NCBI GenBank assembly: GCA_051294375.1
Contig: CM119263.1
Location: forward strand, 24,161,657 to 24,225,656
DNA from: Paraspadella gotoi
Lineage: Eukaryota; Animalia; Chaetognatha
DNA length: 64,000 nucleotides
Direction of reading: 5' to 3'
Part shown: piece by piece, positions 26,767 to 38,215 of the stretch
Layout of the letters: every line of letters starts with the position of its first letter
Numbering within the stretch: the stretch's first letter is position 1
Position numbers and translations under genes: made by a program
Notes under the pieces: generated by a model
What the model was told of the DNA's origin: nothing
The model's database searches: none
Seen by the model: only the letters and a program-made list of their open reading frames with translations

Positions 26767-29700
26767 TCAGTTTGGCGTGCAGCGGACGAACAGTTGGCGT
26801 TCGTTCTGCCAGACGCAAATTTTGAGTTCTTGCCGCCGCGCGAAGTCCATGTCAGGCTGCCCGTTCTGCTGGTCGTATATTCTGAAGTTTGGGAAAAAAT
26901 TGGAAGTGAGTACAGTCTACAGATGACTGTGAAGAAGAACTTAGCACAATGAAAGCTTTTTGATTTTTAACGTTTTAAGATTTTTTTTTTAAAATGGATC
27001 GGCGAAGTGTCGTCCACATCAGAACGAATGATTGTTCGCTAATTAGTTTCCCGGAGGCAATTTTATTCATACTTCAGTAAAAAAATTACAAAATTATAAT
27101 TATAATAATTTAACATTAATTAAATATTTATATATAAATATATTGTTGCGACTCACATGGTCTTCTCGAAACACTTGAAGCATTCGTCGCTCGTCTCGAG
27201 TCCCACGCGGAAGCCACACTGGTTCAGCTGAGGCTCGTGTCCGTCACAGATCACTTGGAGATAGGGAGCGATGTTCACCTCAGCTTGGGCAGCCTGGCGT
27301 GAGAGTAAAGAGAACGGCTTTACGGAGAATTTTTTTTAAAAAGTCTTTTTGGTTATTCTGTCGTATGACGACTAATAACTATGTTGGTCATTTTCAGTTA
27401 TTGTCGGGGATATTGTTTAATTAAAAAATAAACTAAGCTTAAAAAATATATTACATAGTCTCTCCATTTTTAAAAGAATGTTGAAACAATTTCATAAAAA
27501 AAATATTATCGATGCTTGTTTTTCATATAAAATAAGGCCCGCTCACTGTCACCTCAAACTTTTTTTCATAAACCGCAACTGGGTGTCTGATTCATTTGTT
27601 ATTCCAATCAAAAAACAATGACGACGTCCTTAATTAGCGTCAAGTCTCAGGAAGAAACTTTCGTGAAGATTCATCATCGGACTTTCATTTATTTTAATAT
27701 TTAATTAATCTATTAATTGGAAATTAAAACATTTTATTACGTGTCTAGATTCATTTATTATTCATTGATGAAAAACAAAGACAACAACAACAACGACGAC
27801 GACGAAAACAATAAAAACAATAAGAACAACCCCTTCCATCCATTCCCTTCACCTTCAACTGTTTCATCTCGGCAATATCAGCTTCCGTCTCGTTCTCGTT
27901 GGCCGGATCGAAGACTCGTCTGTAGTTGAGCTCGTGGATCGCAGAGAGTTCTATTCCCTCCGCGCCGTCGACGGAGGCGTTGTAGTAGGCGTGTCCGACG
28001 GCGGCGTCGTCGACGTCGGGTCGGGCGCCGAGCTGGCGACACACGACGGCGGCGACGCGGTCGGCGTCGGATTTCGGATGGAGGCACAGCGTCGTCCAGT
28101 TGGTCCGCGGCCCGACCGCCACTTGGACGAAACCGGCGCGGGATCCGGCGCCGAAATGAGTCGGCGCCGATTTGTTGTGGTAACCTTGGAAACCGGGGTT
28201 GGGCGGGACGAGGCGCACGCGGATGTCGATCTTGAGAGTTGGGGGGGAAAAGGAGCGGGGAGGGGGATTAGGTGAGTGACGGGTGAGGTTTCAAATGTTA
28301 TAATAAAAAAGTATAATATAAAAATAGTAGCGAAAAGTTTTTTAAAAAGAGTTTATTAAAAATATAAAAGTAATAAATAAAAATTAAAAAAAGTATAATA
28401 AAAAATTCTTACGAGAAAGATGTTGGAGGCTATCAAAGTTTTGTTCTTTATTATTTGTTTACAATTTAAATATCCGGTTTAAACAGTAAATTTTTTACGA
28501 TTTCATGGAAACAAACGAAGGATTTTGAATCGGAAACAAAGAATTGACTCAGGTCCAAATCTTAGTTGTTCTCATTCAAATTACAATGTATTCCTTTAAC
28601 AAAGTTTGGAAATGTTTTCGTCAACGATTTTTTATTAGTATAAGGACATGTTTCGACTCTTCATTTCGAGTCTTCATCAGCATATATATACTAATAAAAA
28701 ATCGTTGACGAAAACATTTCCAAACTTTGTTAAATCTCTATACTCAACGAAGCCGAAAGGATTAACACAATGTATTCCTTGTAATTTTTTTTTCTCCCTT
28801 CCTCCCTTTCTTCCTCCCTTCCTCCCTTTTTCCTCCCATCCCACCTCATCATCTCTTCCCCCCAACCAAACCTCACCTTGGGTATCATAGGGTCGGACGG
28901 TCTCGCCGTCGGCACGGTGATCACGAGGAGGTACAGCGTCAAGAGTCCCACGAACGACGCAGCCAGCGCCGCCGCCATTTGCCGGCGTCGTCCGTCCCAA
29001 ACGCAATCGATGCCGGGCAACATCATCATGAGCTGCGACTGCATGGACGGCGAGGCTGCGATGCCGCGGGGCGATCCCGCTTCCTCGTCCTCGGTGGCGC
29101 CGGGGGAGACTGTCTGCGACGCCGGGGACGCCGGGCTGACGGGACTGGCGCCAGCCACCGGAGATTTCGAACCTTCTTTGGAATCTTGCTTCTCCGGTTT
29201 GGGTTTCGGTTTCTCCGTCTCCTTCTCCTTTGATTCTTTCCTCTCCTTCTTCTCCTTCCCTTCCTTCGCTTCCTTCTCCGCCTTGGCCCCGGCCTGCGCC
29301 TTCTTCTCCTTTTCTTCTCCCGGTTTCTCCGTCGCCTGTTCTCCTTTCGCCTCTTTGTTCTCCTTTCCGTTTTTAGCTTCCTTTCCGTTCTTCCCTTCCT
29401 TACCTTTCTTACCCGGTTTCCCTTCCTTTCCTTCCTTACCTTCTTTTTCTTCCTTGCTTTCCTTTCCTTCCTTTCCTTCCTTTTCTTTCTTTCCTTCCTT
29501 TTCTTTCTTTCCCTCCTTTTCCGTCTTGGTTTCCTTCTCGTCCTTTTCCTTCTCTTCCTTACTCTCCTTACTTTCCTTTCCTTTCTTACCTTCCTTACCC
29601 TCCTGACCTTCTTTCCCCGCCGCCGCCGTCGCCCCCGCCGCCGTCCCCGCCGCCTCCGGTTCAGACGATTTAGCCTTCTTCTTTCCTTTCCCGGTCTTGG

Positions 29701-31908
29701 CAGCGGCGCCGCTGCCGGTGGCGCCACCGCTCTCGGCGCCGGCCCCCGCCGTCTCCTCAGGCATCTTGACTTCCTGGACGGACGGGGCCTTTGAAGGGGC
29801 CTTTGACGGGACTTTCGACCCACCGACGTCTTGAGTCGAGTCGGAGATCTTGACGGATTTGAGGGAAATCTCGATTTCCGTCTCGTAGGTCTTGTCCTCC
29901 AACTTGACGGGGATATCCTCGACGAGCATCTCGATCTCTGCGGCGAAGGCAGCGCCCGCCTTGACCACGGGCCCCACCCTGGACGCTTTCAGCTTATTGG
30001 CGACCAAGTTGAGGAAAGGAAAGAGAACCTTTCGCACGACGGGGTCGCAGTAGGCCGCAGTCCAGCTGTTGTCCGTGAAGAAGAGCAGGCTGCCCCAGGT
30101 GAGGTTGATTGGGACGAGAACCCACAGGTTGTAGTAGAGGATGTCGGCGCTGCCGTTCTGGATGAGCTCGTCTCCTAGGGGAACGTAGGTCATCAGCTGT
30201 TGTTCCAGGATGACCCCGAGGAACCAGTACATGCTTTTGACGGCGATAAATGGGCAAAATCTGTTGGACCAGTCGTGCTCCGGCCGGATGATCAGCAACA
30301 GGCCCAGCATGCCGATCGAGGTGAGGATCATGATCGGCAGCAGCCAGGTGCTGAGGCAGACGCCGCAGAATCCAGCGAAGCGGGCGTAGGCGCCCAACAC
30401 GGCCATCTCGGAGAGCACGAAGATGACGATCGATATCGCCGAAGAGAGGGAGTGGCAGTTGGGGGAGATCATCACTCCGCGCCGCTCGTAGAGATAATTG
30501 GCGATGCCGACGGCGATGGCCCAGGCCGAGCCGATCACCGAGCATCGCGACAGGTGCGAGAGAGAGTCGTAGCCTTCGTTGAAGGCATTGACGCCGCCCA
30601 TCGTCAGCTGCGTGCAGAACTGGGGAAAGCTCTCGATGCCGACTTGGGCGAGTTTGACGAGGGACGCGAATTGCATAGCGCGCGCCACCGTCACCGCCTT
30701 TGAAAGAGAGAGTAGAGGGGGTTGAGAATAGAGATAAATGGGGGTTAGAGTTTATACTTGAGAAAATTACAAAGATAACAATTTAATTTTTAAGTTAAAC
30801 TCTATTCAATGAAAAAAACTTTAGGCTGAGCCGCCCAACCTGATTTTAAAGTCCCTCAACTTACACGAGGCAAAACATTAAACTTTTATAATTTTGTAAA
30901 TAATAATTATAAATAGACATTGTAATTGTCTTTCTTATCGTTCCGTTTGAAATGAGAACGGCAAACAATTTGTTTTTAAGTTTACAAACTCACACACTCT
31001 CACAATTGATATTTCACTACTAATTTTTGCGCTGATGAAGGCTTGCATCAAAATCAAAAACAGGTCTAGTTCTAAAAAATAAAAATAATTGTTTTGACGT
31101 TTTGATAATAATCATTACCAAACTACTCTTGTAGTTTGAAGTGACATTTGTTTCGACTTATCTTCGGAGCCCCACAGTCAGTGATAGTGCCCTCTGTGGG
31201 TAAACTTAGCCCACGCGGTAAATAGAAGCCAGATTTTGGACGCCTCGCTATGAAGTCTCCTTCTACCTTTGTTCCCTCTGGGCTTCCTCTCTCTCTCATT
31301 CATTCCCTCCCTACCTTTCTCTCGGTTTCCATTGCTGCCTCTCACTCCTGATTACATTTATTTAACAACAATCTAGATTCTAGATTATTTAAAGTTACTG
31401 AAACATAACTCGGTCTTGTAATAATTCTTAAATTAAGGTAACTACACATTAAACTTAAACTTGGTCGAACCTTGGCTTCCGTGTCGCCGCAAAGAAAGAC
31501 GAACCATAGGACGTAGCAATAGATCAGATTAGGCCCCAGAAGGAACAGGGACCCAACCATGATGCCCAGACGCCACTCGATGCTCATGTACTCTTGCTTG
31601 GGCAGGACCACGCCCACACAGACGGCCTGTCCCACTCCCGCCACGATGATCCAGAAGAAAGTCCAAAAGAAGTGACGCCCGCGATAAAATGATGCGGAGT
31701 CGCCGAACATGGGATCGTCGTCGAAGGAGAGAGAGTAGCCGACTTGAGAGAAGAATCCCGAGTCCCGGACGTCGGCGCCCGCGCGGCGAGGCCACTGGGA
31801 GTTCGGGAACGCCATCTCGCGGAGTTCCTTGCCCAGGATGAAGTCGAGTCCGACGTCGAAGTGGAAGAAGATCACGGTGACCGCGATCAAACCGATTCTC
31901 ATCAACAT
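26767..31908 (-). CDS. XK-related (Xkr scramblase-like) multi-pass membrane protein fused to a C-terminal SRCR domain, paralogue B (about 962 aa)
   Basis: GCCGCC-ATG at 31908. Exons 31908-31471, 30697-28877, 28230-27853, 27293-27157 and 26881-26767; phases 0,0,0,2, 2889 nt. Motifs: DVGLD, KLAQVGIESFPQFCTQL, long K/E/G linker, TM MAAALAASFVGLLTLYLLVITV, SRCR VRLV...WTTLC...AAVVCRQLG...CDGHEPQLNQC...LFVRC. Colinear with paralogue A, including a 137-nt exon of the same length. Confidence 0.87.
31020..31070 (+). mobile_element. Degenerate copy of the Penelope-like hammerhead-bearing terminal repeat, in intron 1 of paralogue B
   Basis: TTTTTGCGCTGATGAAGGCTTGCATC resembles the arms at 59.0 and 63.0 kb; the GAAAC/GUC half is decayed. 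Confidence 0.4.
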
Positions 31909-34900
31909 GGCGGCCGGTTATGTGTTATTTTTTGGGGGAGAGAAGGAACAAAGGGTACAACAGGACTTGACAGAAAAAACGTTTACGAGAGTGTGAAGGG
32001 TTAATAGTTCGTTTTGTTAAGTTTTTTATTTAAAAAATGGCAAGACGTGGTTCGAGTCATTCGCGTTTTTTGTTCGTTTCGTTTTTTGTTTTTATTTTAT
32101 TCGCGTTTGAAGACGACGACGACGCCTTTTGTCGAAGATTCTTTTCGTCATCGCGTGGAGATTTTTTTTTTTTTATTATTGTCGTTGTTGTTCTTTGTTG
32201 TTGTTCGTAGTTACTCGATTATCGATACTCATTGAGATGAAGAGGAACGTTTATTGCTATAGTTGGCATAAATGCGATTAGCTTCTTTTTTTTTTGTTTC
32301 GGAAGACCTGCGGTGGGAGAATTTAAAAAAAAAGAGTTAATCTGTGTTATTGATATTAATGACTAATGGGAGCGTTTATATCTTGGACACTTAGTATTCG
32401 TAGCGATTATTCTCGGAGTTTATTTAAAAGTATTTAAACTTTATGTTTAATCGGTATTATTTAAAAATAGCACTGTAAATTACATTTTTTAATATCAACT
32501 CGATTGAAAATGATAATTGGACGATCAAGGACTGGAGACTAAAATATCTCTCTTATCGAAGACGACCGTGAAAAAATTTCCCTCGGATATCGAACCCGGA
32601 GATTCGCGGGTCACAGAGCGTGACCACGGGCAATGGACATTAGTCATTGGACATTGGACAATAAAAAGAGAGTCTGTTAATTTTCTCGAGGTACAAATTT
32701 ATAATTCTTAGCTCCAACGTAAAGCGATTGAAAGATTCGAACGTCAAACGTCTCCCGTCGTCTCATCCGCGCCCCCTCATCTCCCCGGACGGAGAGACGG
32801 TTCCAAGATGGCTGCCGGGTCCAGGCTTTCGCCTAGGTGAGGAAGGAGGTGAGGAGGAGGAGGAGGTGAGGGAGGGAGGATGCACGAAAAAACCAGGGCA
32901 AGCGTCACGTGACCTCACCGATGCAATATGCGACGACGACCACGAGGACGACGACGAAGAACGAGCGAGCTTTAAGGATGAAAGAGCGAAAACTGCGCGC
33001 GGGGCGACCCCTTGTTCTTTTGTTCCTCTTTTCTTGCGCATCGTTCACACGCGGGGAGGAGGAGGAGGTGGAGGAGGAAGCTAAGATGAGGAGGAAGACG
33101 AAAAGGAAAGGACGATCAGGAGGAGGAGGAGAAAGAAGAAGAGCGAAGGCGAGTTCTCCTCTGGGCATCACGTGACTCTTCTGTGTCACCGTCACGTCAC
33201 CGTGGCCTCGCCGGTGTCACGGAACGTCGCCTTTTTTTTTCTGGGATTTTCGGCTTTTTTCTTTTTTTCTCAAGAGAATCGAGAAAAAAAAGATCCGAAA
33301 TTTGGGGATTCGAGGCAAGGTTTTTTTATTTTTTTTGAAAGGATTTCCCTTTTTATGATGATGTTTTTAAAATTTTGAATAAAGATTTTCATAAAACCCC
33401 CAAAATTCGCGTGTGAACTTTCTGTTTGGCCTACCAGAATAAAAGAATAATTTACCTTCAGTTTAAATCTCTGATCCTAACCATTTAGCATTCGGGTTTG
33501 TTTTCATAAAATAAACAAAATGAAAAGGGTGAAATGAAATACCTACCTCCTTCAAGCCAGTGATCCCACCCTCTCCTCGTGGCGACAACAACGGAAATCG
33601 ACGCCCCCCCTCGTCGAAAGCGGCATTCTCTCCACACCCCCCCCACTCTCCCCCTCCTTCGCCGCACCCACAATAGCTTTTGACCCGAAAGAAAAAAATC
33701 CTTTCTCCTTAATTATCCTTTTCTTCTCGGAATATTCCTATCCCTTTTATTCTTCTCCTCAATTGTTTTTGCTTTGTTTCGTTTTTTCTTTCCCCCTTGT
33801 TTTGTTGCTTTTGTCGATACTTTGTTTTAACTTTCCAGACGTTCTTTGTATTTTCTCTTTTTTACAACGTCAAGTCTGGAGCCGAAGGGGTCGAAATGGA
33901 AGCCGGATTGGCGCCGGGGCTTTGGGTGGCCCCCAAGTGGCCGAAAAAGGTGACCAAACTTGAATCGAAATCGATGCCTTTTTCTCTTTTCATTCTTCTC
34001 TTTCAGTTTCACGTCTTAGTTTCGTTTCGCCCTTTTATTTTTTTCTCCTTTGTTTTTATTTCGCCGAGAGTGTTTTCTTTTGTGTTTTTTTTCGATTAGA
34101 TGCTAGACAACCTGTAGATTGTAGAATGTCAAAAACTGCTGGAGAGATACTATTTATTACTACTGATTATTCTCCATTTACAGGTACATGTACATTGTAC
34201 ATTGTACAATGTACAAGCAAGAAATTAGCAGAAAATACTATCAATTAACTTTTAGAACTCTTGACGAACAGAAAAAAGCTTCTTTTAGAAGAAAAAAAAA
34301 TCAAATTGTTGTTATTGACATCAATGTCGTTGGCGTCGGCGGCGAAGATGAATTGTAATTTTGTGAAAAGAGTCTGAACCTAAAATCGATTTGCAAATGA
34401 CCATCAGTAGTCACGTGATTCGATCGAGGACCACGTGAGTCGACGAGGCTTGAAGAGAGGGTTCCAGGGCGACAAGAGGACTTATCAAAAAGGGAGGAAA
34501 TTTCTGGAAAAAGGAAGTGTCAAGGTCGGTAACAGGCGATGGCGGAAAAATCTTCGAGAAATTTTATTCATTTTATAATCGTATTAAATTAAATTGTAAT
34601 TGTATTAATTGTATAATTTATTGACATTTTTTCGAGAATTGTCAAGATTTGTGATTTTTTGTCTCGTGAAACCATATTAAAATTATTCTTCTTAAATTGG
34701 CATGTTTCTATTTTTTGAAATAAAATAGAAATCCAGAAGTTTACAACTTATCTCCAAAGAGTAATTACCTTTACCGACACCGTCTGGAAAAGGGCTTTGC
34801 CCGCCCGAGCCGTTTTCTCCTCTCAGCGCGACTTATTATTATTAACCGTCATTAATGAAGGGGGAATTTAAGCGAAGGTCGAAAGTCCCGATAACAAAAG

Positions 34901-35166
34901 ATCAAATGAATTCCCGATTTTGAGGTCGGCAGAAATCGCCGCTAGGGGGTCTTTCGAGAAGGAGGAATGAGACCAAGATTGAAGCCGAGAATGGGCCAGG
35001 ACTTGGCCACGTTGCGGCCGCCCGGGGGGACAAAAGGAAAAGGGCAGAACGAGATAGGGTTGACAAAATTGAGACAAGTGCAAGGCAAAATCATCAGTCG
35101 AAATTTGTTCAATTATATATATTTACGGATTCGTCCAATCATTTTCATGATTTTTTTTGTAATATT

Positions 35167-35171
<5 letters not shown>

Positions 35172-35259
<88 letters not shown>
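35172..35259. repeat. (TAT)n microsatellite
   Basis: About 28 perfect triplets; source of the spurious poly-Ile ORF. Confidence 0.95.
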
Positions 35260-35263
<4 letters not shown>

Positions 35264-35497
35264 TTTTGAGGGGAGCAACTGTTTACTTCTTGAAGTAAAG
35301 AAGTCAGAACTTAGCTAGTGAAGGAAAAATAAATTCGAATCGTTTTTCCTTTCTTTGTACGAAAACATAATTAAGATAGAACTAGTCTAACGACGAATAA
35401 AATATTAACAATTTATTTGACTTTTCTGAATCAATTCTAATTACAAATAAACCCAATACGATACTAGCTGCGTCACCATAGGCGTCCACCCACGATG

Positions 35498-36369
35498 TCA
35501 CGAGTTCTCCTTGATGAATGCAATGAGATCCTGTCGGTCTTTCTCCTTCTTCAGACCCGCGAAAACCATTTTGGTTCCAGGGATGTACTTTTTCGGGTTC
35601 GTCAGATAAATGTCCAAAGTCTCATCGTTCCAGGTGATTCCTTCGCGGGCGGAAAAAGAGAAACACTACAAAAGCAACAAACATCAAAACCGTTGTATCA
35701 ACTGCAATCACAATTACCACAACTGCCACAATGACCAACGACCACAATCACAACGAGGAAAACCACCCCAACGACCACAACTATAACAAACTCCGCAATC
35801 ACAACCGTAAAAACGACTAATCGACCACCACAATCACCACATTGCTCTCACAGACATTGTTCGAATTTGTTAGATTCTGAAAGCCAAATATTTAGAGAAA
35901 GTTGGCGTCGGTGTAGGCGAACCCGGCCGCCTGACCCGTGGGGCGTCCGAAGACGCCGTTCAGATTCGGACCTGAAAGAGAGCGGGCACGTGGAGGGAGG
36001 GTGAAGAAAATGGGACCAAAATTCAGTCGTAGTTTTATTTACTGGATGAATCTTTTACGGAAATGTTCGACCGGTGTAAGGAATGAACATTNNNNNNNNN
36101 NGGGCACGTGGAGGGAGCGTGAAGAAAATGGGACCAAAATTCAGTCGTAGCTTTATTCGCTGGATGAACCTTTTACGGAAATGTTCGACCGGTAAGGAAT
36201 GAACATTGAAAGATAAACCAAAAGCTGAACAAAAGAACAAGGAGAACTAGGAGAACGAGGAGAACAAGGAGAACATTTGGCAAACCTGTTTATGCGGCGC
36301 GCCCTTTTCAATGGTGTGACATTGGGTGCATTTTTGCTTGAAAATCTTGGCTCCCTTCTCTGCCGACAT
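35498..36369 (-). CDS. CYCS: Cytochrome c (3 exons; as assembled it has a 1-nt frameshift and lacks the 3' end of exon 2)
   Basis: Exon 1, 36369-36286: [27 protein letters not shown] (CxxCH heme motif). Exon 2, from 35971: [24 protein letters not shown], breaking at about 35901 with no donor. Exon 3, 35640-35498: [47 protein letters not shown]. Confidence 0.93.
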
Positions 36370-36679
36370 TCCCTCTCACTCGCTCTCACGAGTCGATCGT
36401 CTCTATCTCGGTCGCTCGAAGCGAGTCCAGACCTTGGCGCGAATTAATTGGAACCCGATTAACGGTATGAGCTCTGGATAAAAGCGAAATTCTACGAGGC
36501 TGTGTCGGAAGTGAGTCGATAATCGAGAAAAATTTGAAATTTATTGTTGAAGAGCTGTTATTTCTTGTTTGATAGAAATTGAAAAAAAGAGAGAGAGAGA
36601 CAGACAGAGAGAGAGAGAGTTGTCTTTAATGAAATTGGTATATATACAACAAATTTTTACATTTATTATAATTATTATT

Positions 36680-36710
<31 letters not shown>

Positions 36711-37030
36711 TTAATTTATCTATTCAATATATTTAAAGATTCCTCGCGGTCTATTGAAATTAGGCGTTGGTTGCCATAGAGAACATGACAACGGAGAAGT
36801 GAAACGACATAGGAAATGACCAAATTTGGCAACCGAAAAGATACATACTCTCGGTGAAAATATTTCTATAATTCCATCACAATGCATCAAACATATTTGA
36901 CATCCTTACCAGCAAATCAACTCCCCCCCACCAAACCGTCTCCCTCAACCTCGATCTTGATTCTCTTGATCCACGGATCCCAGTCGCCGGCTCCAGTCTG
37001 TCTGGCTGATCCTCTTCCTTTCCCATCCAA

Positions 37031-37097
<67 letters not shown>

Positions 37098-37332
37098 CAT
37101 AAATCTTCACCCCGACTCTCTTATAATTTTTTCTGTCATATATTCTTTCTCGTCTTCTACTTAAATTTTCTTTTTATGTTCTTCTCGATTTAGATTTTAT
37201 AATACAAATTAGTCTATTTATCAACTGTTTTTCTTGTTTTATTTGTTTTTTTGTTTTTTTGTGTTTTTTTGTTTACCTAATGAATTTAAAATAAATAAAT
37301 CAAATACAAAAATTTGTTTTTACACCTCTCCC

Positions 37333-37372
<40 letters not shown>

Positions 37373-37940
37373 AAATCTTCCTGAAAACAAAAGAAAAAGT
37401 TCAAAGGAAAAACCTTTTTTTTTTTTGCGGTTCGAATCTCCAAATCTGTTAACGAGTCTTTTGTGTCGAGACTCCTCCCTCGAATCGTTCACCTCGGAGT
37501 TGAAGACTCCCTTCTCTCTTCTCCAATCCCAGACTCATCCAACCCCTCGTCCACTTTCCTCCAGACGCACTATTGCTACTCGGAACATCCCTGGGAACTA
37601 ACCCGACCCGCCTTCTCACTCACTTCTCCTTCGACCCACCTTATTACCCAGCTCCTATTTTTCTTTTGACCCGACTTCTTTCATCGCCCCCTGTTTTTCC
37701 CACTTTCCAACCCTCCACCTTCACATCACCCACCTCCATCCCCCGGGCCGCCTCGGGTGCGAAGCTGACGCGAAGTGGGAGGAGCGATGCATACTTTTAT
37801 GGCGCCAACCTCAGTGTCGTCGTCGTTTTCGTCGTCGTCGTCGTCGTCATCTCACGAATCTTTGCATTCGTAGACATTTATTATCAAGAATCGATATTTT
37901 CTTATCATTGATTGGAAAACCGTGAATAGATCGAGAGGGA

Positions 37941-38073
<133 letters not shown>

Positions 38074-38142
38074 GATTTCTTTCGCGGTCGAGTTAAGAGG
38101 CGAGAAACTCGTTTGACGGTTAAATGATTGTAAACACCAAGA

Positions 38143-38215
38143 GGGGGCGAGGGGGCGAGGGGCGAGGGGCGAGGGGCGAGGGGACGAGGGGACGAGGGAC
38201 GAGGGGCGAGGGGGG
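38143..38215 (+). repeat. G-rich 7-8-bp tandem repeat, units GAGGGGC/GAGGGGAC
   Basis: About 10 consecutive G3-G6 runs. Confidence 0.85.

Noticed and set aside
26662-26769. Stop-codon readthrough of XK-SRCR B (34 open codons after TGA)
   Set aside because: The extension has no similarity to the tail of paralogue A, and the context (TGA-A) is not a typical readthrough motif.
35984-36207. Tandem duplications flanking N-gaps (also 52545-52945/52956-53356 and 57515-57627/58029-58138)
   Set aside because: Near-identical sequence on both sides of scaffold gaps indicates unmerged contig overlaps.
37425-37445. GGTTCGAATC as a tRNA T-loop
   Set aside because: It is preceded by a T-run with no D-arm, anticodon arm or acceptor stem.
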